Shown piece after piece: positions 42,100-51,996 of a stretch of 64,000 nucleotides of DNA; position 1 is the first letter of the stretch; each line of letters begins with the position of its first letter. This DNA comes from Patescibacteria group bacterium (GTDB lineage: Bacteria; Patescibacteriota; Microgenomatia; UBA12405): contig JAMCSD010000002.1 in assembly GCA_023380755.1 (NCBI GenBank), positions 22,022 to 86,021 of the forward strand, read 5' to 3'. The notes under the pieces are model-generated. The model was not told the origin of the DNA. It ran no database searches and saw nothing but the letters and a program-made list of their open reading frames with translations. A program made the position numbers and the translations under genes.

Positions 42100-43499
42100 A
42101 CTTTAGAAGAGTGTTGGGAATATTCGAGAATCCAATAGTAGATCCCCATCATAATCCAAAACAGGAAAGCAGTTTTGGAAGATTCAAAAACATCAATAAA
42201 AGTGGCATTAACGAGCATGGTAATGACGGCGGCCATAAGGATTAGGGCTGATTTTTCGAGAATAGTGGATTTCTTTTTGAAGATCAGAGGAATGGTACGA
42301 ATGATAAACCACGCCAGGATCAGGGCGAAGGTAACAAAGCCCAAAAGACCACTTTCACCTAGGGATCGGAGGAAGTCATTGTCGGTAGCTAGGGTGATTG
42401 AGCCGGGTCCGGTGCCGACTAGAGGATTTTTAAGAAAAGCAGTAATCGCCCGGGGCCATTCGACATTAAAGCGGATTTCGCCGGAACGGGAAACACCAGC
42501 ATCAATGTCTACCGGCGGATAACTTTCAGGGACACCGTGGTGGACTATCCCAGGGGTGGGGGTGACTTTGGGGGGTTTAATGACGGCGATGGGTGGTGGG
42601 GCGGCAGTGGGTAGGTTTGTTGGGGTGGGAGTGGCTGTATTTTGTTGGGAGGGGGTAGGTTTAATGGTATTAATGGTGGCCAGTAAGCGTTGGTTCAGGT
42701 CCCGGGAATTCATAATACTAAAGATTACTAACCCGGATACAGGAATAATCCATAAGTATTTACGGATAAGGATTAAACCCAGAACCATGCCACCCCATAG
42801 GGCAAAGGTAGAGACCCGAGAGGCGGTGTAAGTGAGAATTTGGAAAGAAATCAACCAAATTAAAATAAGTAATATTTTTTGGTAGATATTTTTACTCAGG
42901 ACCGCAAGGCACCCTAAAATAATAAGGACAATAGACATATAAACCGCGAGGTCGTAATGTCCGGCAAAGGTGGAATTTATCCGGGTCCAAACGGAAAGGC
43001 TTAAGAGTTGCCCCTTAGAGAACTCCTCGTTCATAGTGGAGACGACAGGAAACTGAAGGTATTTTTGACCGTAACCGTAAAGAGAGACTCCCAGGGTAGC
43101 AATAGTCATAAAAATAACCGGATATTTTAGATCCTGAACTCCGTTGATAGCCGCAATAGCCACGAAAAAGAGAGACATGTATTCGATATGCCGGAGAAAA
43201 TTAAGGAGGAGTAAGCCGGGAGAATCGGTTTTGAAAATAAAAATGGCAGTAACAGTGGAAATAAAGATGGCCAAGAAATAGGCCAAAAATACTTTAGTAA
43301 TCGGCAGCTTAAGTAAAGAAAAGTGATTTTTAATTTGGTGAAGAAGTAAAAAAACTAAAGCTGCCGAAACCAAGATATCCTCCAGGCGAATGGCAACATA
43401 GGTTTCGGTGACGCCATACAAGGGAAACTTGGGATATAAAGGGATAGTCAAAAGAAGGATAGCCAAGATGGGACGAAATATTTTTAAATTTTTGAACAT
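42096..43499 (-). CDS. O-antigen polymerase/ligase-like (Wzy_C-type) membrane protein with a proline-rich insert
   Basis: Polytopic protein with the loop TYTASRVSTFALWGGM. Insert PTPSQQNTATPTPTNLPTAAPPPIAVIKPPKVTPTPG lies at nt about 42548-42660. Confidence 0.55.
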   Translation of the reverse strand: MFKNLKIFRPILAILLLTIPLYPKFPLYGVTETYVAIRLEDILVSAALVFLLLHQIKNHFSLLKLPITKVFLAYFLAIFISTVTAIFIFKTDSPGLLLLNFLRHIEYMSLFFVAIAAINGVQDLKYPVIFMTIATLGVSLYGYGQKYLQFPVVSTMNEEFSKGQLLSLSVWTRINSTFAGHYDLAVYMSIVLIILGCLAVLSKNIYQKILLILIWLISFQILTYTASRVSTFALWGGMVLGLILIRKYLWIIPVSGLVIFSIMNSRDLNQRLLATINTIKPTPSQQNTATPTPTNLPTAAPPPIAVIKPPKVTPTPGIVHHGVPESYPPVDIDAGVSRSGEIRFNVEWPRAITAFLKNPLVGTGPGSITLATDNDFLRSLGESGLLGFVTFALILAWFIIRTIPLIFKKKSTILEKSALILMAAVITMLVNATFIDVFESSKTAFLFWIMMGIYYWILEYSQHSSKV

Positions 43500-44404
43500 G
43501 CGGTTTGATAAATTCCGGCAAGCTGGCTATTGCCCTGTAACTGATATAGTATACGTCTTAAGGTGGCGTTTACCTTAAGCATGAAGGTAGCCAACTGGGT
43601 ACTAAGGCGGCCATGGTGCTTAGAAAAAAAATGGATAATTCCCTGGTACTCATTGGTGATAGTATTGAGCTTAGTTGGAGAAGAAGCACCGCCTAAATGG
43701 ATGACCTGAGCTCCGATTAAGTAATGAACCGAAAGATGGGGATATTGTTTTTTAAGGCGGTAAAACCACTCAACTTCTTCGGCGTACATGAAATAATCTT
43801 CATCAAGTTTGATAGTTTGGGCGAGATGGCGGCGAATAAGAACAAAGGCGCCGGTAACCCAATCTTGGGTATGGTTGCGAAGGTAGAAAGTATCATGAGT
43901 ATAAAACTGCGGGCTATGGGGGTGGATTGGTTTAACAAAGTAATTAACTAAAGGTAAATCGTCGAGGTTCGTCGACCAGGTAAAGGTGTTAAGCAGATTA
44001 GGAAAGAATCCACCACTAGGCTGAACGGAACCGTCAGCATTTAGAAGCTGAGCGGTACAGGCGGCGGCTTCCGGATGGCTAGAAAGCCATTTCAAGCATT
44101 GACTGATCGCTCCATTCTGAATGAGGGTATCTGAATTAAGAAGTAGGATGTAGTTTCCCTGCGATTCGGCGATTCCCTGATTATTGGCCTTGGCAAAACC
44201 TAAATTCTTTTTATTAACAATTAATTTGATTTTTTTATTTTTTTTAAGTTGGATAACAGAATTATCGGTAGAAGCGTTGTCGATTACTATAATTTCAAAG
44301 GGAATATCTTGAAGTTCACGGTCCTGATTAATGGATTTGAGGCAATTTAAGGTAATGTCAGCGGTATTGAAGGAAACAATAATAATCGATAAAACCGGGT
44401 TCAT
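43484..44404 (-). CDS. Glycosyltransferase family 2
   Basis: Motifs LSIIIVSFNTADIT...VIDNASTDNS and NSDT. Confidence 0.8.
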   Translation of the reverse strand: MNPVLSIIIVSFNTADITLNCLKSINQDRELQDIPFEIIVIDNASTDNSVIQLKKNKKIKLIVNKKNLGFAKANNQGIAESQGNYILLLNSDTLIQNGAISQCLKWLSSHPEAAACTAQLLNADGSVQPSGGFFPNLLNTFTWSTNLDDLPLVNYFVKPIHPHSPQFYTHDTFYLRNHTQDWVTGAFVLIRRHLAQTIKLDEDYFMYAEEVEWFYRLKKQYPHLSVHYLIGAQVIHLGGASSPTKLNTITNEYQGIIHFFSKHHGRLSTQLATFMLKVNATLRRILYQLQGNSQLAGIYQTACSKI

Positions 44405-44961
44405 GAACGTTTAGAAAAAACGACACTTTTAGCAACATATAAGGCGTAAATTATGGCAACTTCTGTTCCAAAAAAAGAAAATAACCTTTTGGGAACAGAG
44501 GTGGGGAAAACACGGGTAGTAATCTTAGCTTTAAAGACCTGATTGCCGACAAGAAGTTTGTTGGCAGCCCGTTTGTCGGGTTTGGTGAAGACGTCATTTT
44601 CCCATTCATAACCATTAACGAACAGTGATTCTTTAAAAGGAATGACAAATTCTTCAAGATAATAACTTTGCATAGTATCTTTAAAGATAATCTTGGCCCG
44701 TTCCGGGGGATGATTAAGATGGATAAGCAAGGGGGAGCGATAAACCTGGGAATAAAATGACATTACCTGTTGACGGTTTTGGTCGGTGAAGTATCCGGCG
44801 ACGTTAGGAATTTGGACGGTGTCCCCTTCTTCGGTGGATTTGACACTGTGGGGTAAGTCGGGAACCTCGGGAGTGGGAGTGATTAAGTACCAGAAAGCCA
44901 CTAAATTAAATCCTAGGAAAATTAAAAGTCCGATTTTTTTAAACATATTTATTGAAACCAC
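44401..44961 (-). CDS. Hypothetical membrane protein (N- and C-terminal TM helices)
   Basis: ORF with TM segments IGLLIFLGFNLVAFWYLI and FFGTEVAIIYALYVA. Start and stop overlap the neighbouring genes. No family recognised. Confidence 0.45.
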   Translation of the reverse strand: MVSINMFKKIGLLIFLGFNLVAFWYLITPTPEVPDLPHSVKSTEEGDTVQIPNVAGYFTDQNRQQVMSFYSQVYRSPLLIHLNHPPERAKIIFKDTMQSYYLEEFVIPFKESLFVNGYEWENDVFTKPDKRAANKLLVGNQVFKAKITTRVFPTSVPKRLFSFFGTEVAIIYALYVAKSVVFSKRS

Positions 44962-45542
44962 ATGGCTCGGCCAAGCCGGTAATTAAGGTTTTTAAGACGC
45001 CGGTCAGTAATTTTTTTGGCGGGAACTCCGCCCCAAACTTCTAGCGGGGGAATGTCTTTGGTAACTACCGCTCCAGCGGCGACAACGGCACCATTACCAA
45101 TTTTGACGCCAGGCAGTATTATAGCCCGAGGGCCGATGAAAACATAATCACCGATGGTGACGGAACCATAGGAATTACCAAATTGCGGATCGTGGATATT
45201 ATGTTCATCGTTGTAGATTAAAACTTCACTGGCAATATCGGTATGACTGCCGATGGTTAGAGGCGCCCGGCCATCAAGGAAGCAATGGTCGCCGATAATG
45301 GTGTCCTCACCTATGGCAATTCCCTCAGGATTAAAAAAGTTGGCGCCGCAATGAATGGTGGAGCTGAGAGGTAGTTTTATGCCGGAAAGAATGTAGAAGA
45401 ATTTACGGATAGTGTGAATGGGGATGTGGCCGATAATCCTTAGAATGAGTAGCCAGAACTCAAGAAGTATGGTTCGGATCCGATTAACAATTTTGTCGAT
45501 CATTTGAGGAAAGCTTAAATTATGACCCTCTCGATCTTGCAT
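44949..45542 (-). CDS. Left-handed beta-helix (hexapeptide-repeat) O-acetyltransferase
   Basis: Hexapeptide repeats IGEDTIIGDHCFL / IGDYVFIGPRAIILPGVKIGNGAVVAAGAVV. Confidence 0.8.
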   Translation of the reverse strand: MQDREGHNLSFPQMIDKIVNRIRTILLEFWLLILRIIGHIPIHTIRKFFYILSGIKLPLSSTIHCGANFFNPEGIAIGEDTIIGDHCFLDGRAPLTIGSHTDIASEVLIYNDEHNIHDPQFGNSYGSVTIGDYVFIGPRAIILPGVKIGNGAVVAAGAVVTKDIPPLEVWGGVPAKKITDRRLKNLNYRLGRAMWFQ

Positions 45543-45549
45543 ATAAGGA

Positions 45550-46623
45550 TTATAGCGCCTTTAGGAGCTTGATAAAGTTTAAAGCAGCCTTGTCCCAGGA
45601 GAAAGTGGCACTTCTTTGGGGACCAAGCCGGGAATATTTTTGGTAAATACCAGGCTTAATGATCGATGTCATAGCAGTAAGAAGATCGGTGAGGTTGGTC
45701 GGGTCAAACAAGATTCCGGCGCGATCAATTACTTCCGGGAGGGAAGCTGCGTTAGAGCTTAAAACTGGAGTGCCGACCGCCATGGCTTCGATAGCGGGAA
45801 TGCCGAAACCCTCGTAAAGACTGGGGATAATTAAGGCTTGAGCGTGTTTTAGAAGTGACCATTTAAAACTTTCAGTAATATAATCCATGAAAACAATGTC
45901 ATCTTGAAGATTCAGCTGGCTAACGGTGGCGAAAATTTCATCATAAAGCCAGCCTTTTTTGCCAGTGATGACTAACTTGTATCGGCGGTGTGTTTGGTGA
46001 AACTGGGCGAAAGCTTGAATAAGAAAAGGAATATTTTTGGAAGGCTTGAGGGTACCCAGGGAAAGAAAGTAAGGGTGGTGGGGAAAAGGATTCTCGGTAT
46101 CAATTGCGGCCGGTAGTTCGACTCCCGGATAAATTACTGATATTTTATCTAAAGGAATATGGTAAATATCGGCAATTTCCTTTTTGGTAAATTCGGAAAT
46201 GGTAATTATGTGGGTGGAGTGTTTAATGGAGTTTTTGGTCCAATTTTTTAGTTGGTAAAGGTCTTTGGGGGTAAATTGTTCGGGATAATGAAGAAAACCG
46301 AGATCCATAATGGCGCAAATGACGGGAGACGGTGAAAATAAAGGTGTATAGTGTCCCAAGGAAATGAAAAGATCGGGTTTGGGACCGATAAAAAGATGGA
46401 GAGGTAAGGCCAACCTGGTCCAAAGTTTATGGGGGCCAAAGACTCGATAGTGCCAGTGAGAAGAAGCAGGGGGAAGATCGGGTAGGGGGGCAGTTTTAAG
46501 ATAGATGGAGTATTTGTTTTGGGAGTCTTGTTGATGAATATGACGGAGTAGTTGATAGGCATATTGGCCAATGCCGACGCGATGATCATTGTTAGCTTCG
46601 TTACCGTCGATTCCGATAATCAT
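45550..46623 (-). CDS. Glycosyltransferase family 4
   Basis: Motif EGFGIPAIEAMAVGTPVLSSNAASLPEV. Confidence 0.8.
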   Translation of the reverse strand: MIIGIDGNEANNDHRVGIGQYAYQLLRHIHQQDSQNKYSIYLKTAPLPDLPPASSHWHYRVFGPHKLWTRLALPLHLFIGPKPDLFISLGHYTPLFSPSPVICAIMDLGFLHYPEQFTPKDLYQLKNWTKNSIKHSTHIITISEFTKKEIADIYHIPLDKISVIYPGVELPAAIDTENPFPHHPYFLSLGTLKPSKNIPFLIQAFAQFHQTHRRYKLVITGKKGWLYDEIFATVSQLNLQDDIVFMDYITESFKWSLLKHAQALIIPSLYEGFGIPAIEAMAVGTPVLSSNAASLPEVIDRAGILFDPTNLTDLLTAMTSIIKPGIYQKYSRLGPQRSATFSWDKAALNFIKLLKAL

Positions 46624-47759
46624 TTATTGCCTAATTGTTGATAAAGTTTTAAGGTGTTTTGGGCAGTAATTTCCCAAGAGAACTTTTTGGCTTGAACTAA
46701 ACCTTTCTTTATTAAAGCATTTCGGGCATCGGTTTTGGTGATTTTAGAGATGGCTGATTTGATAGCTGATACAGAATAAGGGTCAATCAAAAGGGCGGCA
46801 TTGTCCCCCACTTCGATCAAAGAAGAATTGTGGCTGGTGATAACCGGTGTCCCAACTGCCATGGCTTTAATGACAGGCAGGCCGAAGCCTTCGTACAAAG
46901 AAGGATAAACTAGCGCGGTAGCAGCAGCGTGAAGTTGTACTAGGTCGTTTTCATCGACAAAACCGAGGATTTTGATGTCCGGGCGGTTGATCTCGATATC
47001 TTCGCCCCAACCATATTTTCCAGTAATGGCTAATTCCAGGTTGGATTTAGGGTGCTGAGTTTTGAAGCGGACGAAAGCTTGAACCAGGCGATGCAAATTC
47101 TTACGAGGTTCCCGGGTACCTTGGGCTAAAAGAAAGTCATGGAGATGGTACTTGTTTTTGATTGAGCTGATGAGTTGTGATTTATGTTCTGCTTTGAGTT
47201 TATAAAACTGATTATATTTTTCCTCTGCCGCTTCGTAGATAACCATGGTCTTGGCCGGATCGATATTGGGATAGAGTTTTAAAAGATCTTTTTGGGTATT
47301 TTGGGAGACACAGATAAACCGGGAAGCTTCACGTGATGCCCAGAACATTTTTAAGCGATGGGTGGAAACGATCTTGGGGTGAAGCCAATGAGGAAAAAGA
47401 AAAGGTGTCAGGTCGTGAATGGTGCAAACAGATTTAGCCTTCGCGGTCGGAGGCTGGGTCCAGTCGGAAGTATGAAAGATGTCACAATCACCAATAAATT
47501 GTTCAATCGGAAAAACGTGGAGCCGATTCCACAATAAACTGAGAAAGGTGGGCGGTAAACGATAAATGAATAAGGTGCAGTTGGGGTATTGGGCGGCAAG
47601 AGTGGCCATTTCGGCTGGTAATTTCAGACGCCAGGAAGAAAAGAAGAGTTTATAGTGATTTTTCTTATCATTGATGAGGAGATTTTTTACCAGATTGTAG
47701 GTGTAATTAGAAACGCCGGTACCGTAAGCGACCGAGGTAATGTCAATTCCAATAATCAT
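46620..47759 (-). CDS. Glycosyltransferase family 4
   Basis: Motif EGFGLPVIKAMAVGTPVITSHNSSLIEV. The N-terminus MIIGIDITS is paralogous to the preceding gene (MIIGIDGNE). Confidence 0.8.
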   Translation of the reverse strand: MIIGIDITSVAYGTGVSNYTYNLVKNLLINDKKNHYKLFFSSWRLKLPAEMATLAAQYPNCTLFIYRLPPTFLSLLWNRLHVFPIEQFIGDCDIFHTSDWTQPPTAKAKSVCTIHDLTPFLFPHWLHPKIVSTHRLKMFWASREASRFICVSQNTQKDLLKLYPNIDPAKTMVIYEAAEEKYNQFYKLKAEHKSQLISSIKNKYHLHDFLLAQGTREPRKNLHRLVQAFVRFKTQHPKSNLELAITGKYGWGEDIEINRPDIKILGFVDENDLVQLHAAATALVYPSLYEGFGLPVIKAMAVGTPVITSHNSSLIEVGDNAALLIDPYSVSAIKSAISKITKTDARNALIKKGLVQAKKFSWEITAQNTLKLYQQLGNK

Positions 47760-47765
47760 GGCAAT

Positions 47766-48707
47766 TTAGTTTAGCATTTTACGTTTGTGAAGCATTTTGG
47801 GCAGGTGGATGAGAGTCTCAATATAGGTACTAGCCAGGGTGAAGGGTATTCGGGCTAAGGGGGTATTTTTAATCAGACCGGAACAATTACGTAATCTTTC
47901 TGTAAAAATTTCCGGAAAATGTGACAGAATGGTTTTGAAAGGATAGTTTTTAGCAATCAGGTAAATCCAATTTTTAGCATCCATCCGGTGGCGAAAATTG
48001 CCCATCTGACGGCTGGTGCCGCCGCCAAGGTGGTAGGAAACAGCTTGGGGGATAAAAATGGTTTTAAAACCGTGGTGATGGAGGCGGAAGGCGAGATCAA
48101 CATCTTCTTCATAAGCAAAGAAATCGGGGTCAAAAAGGCCGATTTTTTGGAGCACCTCTCGCTTATAAACGACCAATGAGGCCGAGGCTCCCCAAATCAG
48201 ATGCGGTTTTTGGCGAGAATAATCAGAGGGGGAGAATTTCTTTCCATTATTAATATTAAAAGCCTTGCCTTTGAGGAAAAATTGAAGTCCTTCGGATTCA
48301 ATCTGGGTGCCATCTTGGTTGAGTACCAAGCCAAAGAAAGAGGCGATGGATGGATCGGTGGTGCGTTTGATTTCGGCCACAACAAGGGTAAACCAATTAG
48401 GGTTGAGGGTAAGATCGTTATTACAGATAATGACAAATTCGGATTGGGAAGCGGCGATCCCCCGGTTGACAGCGCCAGCAAAACCGAAGTTTTGGTTAAG
48501 GCTTATAATTTTTTTTGATGGAAAATCAAACTGGGTAAAAATTTCTTTGGAACCATCTTGGGAATAGTTATCGACCAGGATGATTTCAAACTGAGCGGCA
48601 TGGCAATGATTTATGGCACTTTTTAGGGAATTAAGACACGAGGGTAGAAATTGGACACCGTTGTAATTGGGAATAACGACAGAGAAAGTGGGTTTAGAGT
48701 TGGTCAT
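47766..48707 (-). CDS. Glycosyltransferase family 2
   Basis: Motifs FSVVIPNYNGVQFL...LVDNYSQDGS and YEEDVDL. Confidence 0.8.
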   Translation of the reverse strand: MTNSKPTFSVVIPNYNGVQFLPSCLNSLKSAINHCHAAQFEIILVDNYSQDGSKEIFTQFDFPSKKIISLNQNFGFAGAVNRGIAASQSEFVIICNNDLTLNPNWFTLVVAEIKRTTDPSIASFFGLVLNQDGTQIESEGLQFFLKGKAFNINNGKKFSPSDYSRQKPHLIWGASASLVVYKREVLQKIGLFDPDFFAYEEDVDLAFRLHHHGFKTIFIPQAVSYHLGGGTSRQMGNFRHRMDAKNWIYLIAKNYPFKTILSHFPEIFTERLRNCSGLIKNTPLARIPFTLASTYIETLIHLPKMLHKRKMLN

Positions 48708-49182
48708 AAGGAAGATTGATAGTTTCGCCGACCCGGAGGTTCAGTTTTTGAGAATCGCCGGCATTTAACTCGATAACGTATTTGGCAGGTGTGGAATTTT
48801 GATAAATCTTTAGTTGATTAAGAGCGACGCCGGGCTCGGGATTTGCTGTGGCAATGGAAACAATCTGGCCCTGGTGATCAAGCCAAACCATATCGAGAGG
48901 GATGAGGGTATCTTTCATCCAGAATGGCAGTGTCGTATCCTGGCCAAATATAAAAATCATACCGCAGGTTGGGCAAAGTTCCTTCCGGTTCGAGAGACCA
49001 GCAGCCCGTTCAGAATTACTTCGGGCAATTTCGAGGAGATATTCTTTTTGGTTAAAAACAACGGAAATAGTCGGCAGATTGTTGTTAGTTGGCGGGTTCA
49101 ATACTAGAATTAAATTGCGGATAAGTAGCCAGGCGACTAAGCCCAAGCAGAGTAAAACGATAATGACTTTAAGATCGGCCAT
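48694..49182 (-). CDS. DUF192 domain protein (membrane anchored)
   Basis: Motifs RAAGLSNRKEL..GMIFIF and LPFWMKDTLIPLDMVWLD. Start at MADLKVI, with GGAAAG 6 nt upstream. Confidence 0.7.
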   Translation of the reverse strand: MADLKVIIVLLCLGLVAWLLIRNLILVLNPPTNNNLPTISVVFNQKEYLLEIARSNSERAAGLSNRKELCPTCGMIFIFGQDTTLPFWMKDTLIPLDMVWLDHQGQIVSIATANPEPGVALNQLKIYQNSTPAKYVIELNAGDSQKLNLRVGETINLPYDQL

Positions 49183-49238
49183 AGTTACTTTCCTATTGTA
49201 GCCTAGTGTCACGCCCTAGTGTATATTAAACTATACCC

Positions 49239-50165
49239 ATGCTGAAAATGGTAAAGACAGTCTTTGGATCTCGGGTTTTCCGCTTGTTGTTTTCAGCAGT
49301 CTTATTTTATTTCGCTTTTCGTAAGGTGAATATTGTCCGATTGTTGAGCGAGCTACGAATGGTACCCGGATGGTTCCTGTTAATAATAGTTCTCTACTTT
49401 ACGGTTAGCATGACAGTGGGAGCGGTCAGGTGGATGCTACTGGTTCTGGAAAATCCAAAAGTAAAGGATATCCGTAATTTCTTAAATGCATCGTATTCCG
49501 GTGCTTTTTACAGTTTATTTTTTCCGTCGGCGGTAGGAGGAGATTTAGTTAAATGGCTGCCTCTTTTAGAAAAATATCCTCATCTTTCAAAAACAAAGCT
49601 AGCTAGTTCGGTATTAATCGATCGGGTGGTGGGATTATCGGCTTTTGCTTTAATGGCTTTTATCTCCGTATCTGTTGGAAAATTACTCAAATTCCCCTTT
49701 CCGGATTATCTTTTTTGGTTGTTTTTATTTTTGTTTGTCGGGGTAATTGTTTTTTATCTTTTTGTCTTTACGGTTGATTTTGAAAAACTGTTCGGGAAAA
49801 TTAAGTTCTTAAGAAGAATTTTAGATATTTTAGATATCTTAAAAGCGGGTAATAAGAAACGGATTTTTACATGCTTGTTAATTTCGATAGTGGCCGAACC
49901 AGTGTGGATTTTACCCATCTGGTTTTATAGTTTAATTTTTAATGCCGGGATGAGTTTAATGTCGGTATTTATTTTTATACCGGTGATCAACCTAATCATT
50001 GTGCTACCGATATCTTTTGCCGGTTTTGGCGCCCGAGAGAATTTATTCGTCTTGTTTTTTTCGCAATTAGGACTGTCGGAGGAGAAGATATTATTGGTAT
50101 CAACTTTTACGGGGATTATTGGTATTTTGAACGCTTTGTTGGGAGGACTGATTAGTTTAATATGA
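49239..50165 (+). CDS. Flippase-like / LPG-synthase-TM (UPF0104) family membrane protein
   Basis: About 8 TM helices. The RWMLLV motif follows TM2, as in the UPF0104/MprF-TM family. Confidence 0.55.
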   Translation: MLKMVKTVFGSRVFRLLFSAVLFYFAFRKVNIVRLLSELRMVPGWFLLIIVLYFTVSMTVGAVRWMLLVLENPKVKDIRNFLNASYSGAFYSLFFPSAVGGDLVKWLPLLEKYPHLSKTKLASSVLIDRVVGLSAFALMAFISVSVGKLLKFPFPDYLFWLFLFLFVGVIVFYLFVFTVDFEKLFGKIKFLRRILDILDILKAGNKKRIFTCLLISIVAEPVWILPIWFYSLIFNAGMSLMSVFIFIPVINLIIVLPISFAGFGARENLFVLFFSQLGLSEEKILLVSTFTGIIGILNALLGGLISLI

Positions 50166-51124
50166 TCTTAATTACCGGCGGTGCAGGTTATATTGGATCG
50201 CACATCAACAAGCTACTATTTAAAAAGGAAAGGGAAACGGTAGTCTTTGATAACCTTTCGACTGGTCATCGGGAATTAGCCAAATGGGGACATTTGGAGG
50301 TTGGAGATCTGGGTAAGGTGACGGAAATTGAAAATGTATTTAAAAAGTATCCAATTGAGAGCGTGATCCACTTTGCGGCATCGAAAGCAGTAGGAGAATC
50401 GGTGGAAAACCCGGAAAAGTATTACTATAACAATGTAGTAAATACCCTAAATTTGCTGGCGGTAATGAAGAAGCAAGGGGTAAAAAAAATTGTTTTTTCA
50501 TCTTCAGCCGCCACTTTTGGCGATCCGCAATATAATCCAATCGACGAAAAACATCCGCAAAATCCGATAAATCCTTATGGTTATACCAAACTGGTAATGG
50601 AGAAAATGCTGGAAGATTACGTTAAGGCGTATGATTTTCGTTATGCAGCGTTGCGGTATTTTAATGCGGCAGGGGCAGATCCGGATGGAGAAGTAGGAGA
50701 ATGGCCGGGGTCAGGGCAAAATTTAATACCTTTGGTTCTTGATGCAGCCATAGGGGTGCGGGAAGAGATAAAAATCTTTGGAACCGATTATCCGACTGCG
50801 GATGGGACTTGTGTTCGGGATTATATCCATGTCTCTGATTTGGCGACAGCGCATGTTTTAGCCCTGGATTATTTAGACAAGGAAAGTGGATGTTTTAATT
50901 TGGGGAACGGACAGGGTTCTTCAGTAAAAGAAGTGGTAGCTATGGCTAAAAGAGTGACGGGGGTTGATTTTAAAGTGACGGAATCGGCGCGCCGGCCGGG
51001 TGATCCGGCAATCCTGATAGCTGATTCGTCAAAAGCAGAAAAGGTACTCGGCTGGAAACCGAAATATAACGAGCTCGCAACGATAATCAAAACAGCTTGG
51101 GATTGGAGAAAGAAACTGGCTTAA
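50162..51124 (+). CDS. galE: UDP-glucose 4-epimerase
   Basis: ILITGGAGYIGSH, SSSAATFG, and the YxxxK catalytic motif (PYGYTKLVMEK). Confidence 0.85.
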   Translation: MILITGGAGYIGSHINKLLFKKERETVVFDNLSTGHRELAKWGHLEVGDLGKVTEIENVFKKYPIESVIHFAASKAVGESVENPEKYYYNNVVNTLNLLAVMKKQGVKKIVFSSSAATFGDPQYNPIDEKHPQNPINPYGYTKLVMEKMLEDYVKAYDFRYAALRYFNAAGADPDGEVGEWPGSGQNLIPLVLDAAIGVREEIKIFGTDYPTADGTCVRDYIHVSDLATAHVLALDYLDKESGCFNLGNGQGSSVKEVVAMAKRVTGVDFKVTESARRPGDPAILIADSSKAEKVLGWKPKYNELATIIKTAWDWRKKLA

Positions 51125-51996
51125 AGCTGACTTTTAAGACGTAAAAGCCCTTCGTTTAAATCAGAAAACCTGACCCCAAGTGAGGTGATTTTTTGGTTGG
51201 ACAAGGAAAGATTCTTTTGCCAAGGGCGACAATTGGGTAGTGAGGAATTAAAATAATCAGATAAGGTACTGCGGCGGATTTCGCGAGGATCAAAATCAAA
51301 GAGCAGGGCAATTTCGCGGGCAAGGTCATAGGGTGATGAAAAAGAAGAACCGACCAGGTGGAAAATTCCGGTTGACTGTTCTTGGCATAAGAAATTAATT
51401 CCGGTAGCGATATCGTCAATAAAAGTCGGGGTGATGGTTTGATCAACGAAAAAAGGTTTTAGGCGGTGGTATTGGAAATCGTCAATGATCCGGCGAATAA
51501 GATCTTTTTTGAGGTCGTAGGAGGCACGGTAAGGAAAAGAGATTCGCGCAATAGCAAAATCAGAAAGTTTTGTCGAAACTATTTGTTCACCTCGGAGCTT
51601 AGTTTCTCCGTACCATTCAATGGGATGGGGCGTGTCGGTTTCAGTATATGGCCCATTTTTAGTCCCATCAAACACAAAATCAGTGGAAACATATATCAGG
51701 TACTTTTGGTACTTTTTACATAAATTAACAATGTTTTCGGTACCGGTGACATTAAGTTGATAACAGAAGCCATTTTTATCACCACGTTGCTGCCAAGCGG
51801 CACGGGTGTCGGTAAAAGCGGCTAAATGGATGACCGCTGAAGCCTGGGGGTGATTTATAAACACTGGTTCGAGGGTTGATGGTTTTAAGATATCGTGTCC
51901 ACTATGGCGCGATAAATCGTGAAATTGGTGCTGAGGAAAGAGTTCCACAAACCGCGAGCCGACTAGACCGGATAAACCGGTACCAATTATTTCCAT
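51121..51996 (-). CDS. rmlD: dTDP-4-dehydrorhamnose reductase-like SDR (RmlD family)
   Basis: Motifs GTGLSGLVGSRF, HLAAFTD, and YVSTDFVFDGTKNGPYTETD...YGETKLRGEQ. Confidence 0.65.
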   Translation of the reverse strand: MEIIGTGLSGLVGSRFVELFPQHQFHDLSRHSGHDILKPSTLEPVFINHPQASAVIHLAAFTDTRAAWQQRGDKNGFCYQLNVTGTENIVNLCKKYQKYLIYVSTDFVFDGTKNGPYTETDTPHPIEWYGETKLRGEQIVSTKLSDFAIARISFPYRASYDLKKDLIRRIIDDFQYHRLKPFFVDQTITPTFIDDIATGINFLCQEQSTGIFHLVGSSFSSPYDLAREIALLFDFDPREIRRSTLSDYFNSSLPNCRPWQKNLSLSNQKITSLGVRFSDLNEGLLRLKSQL

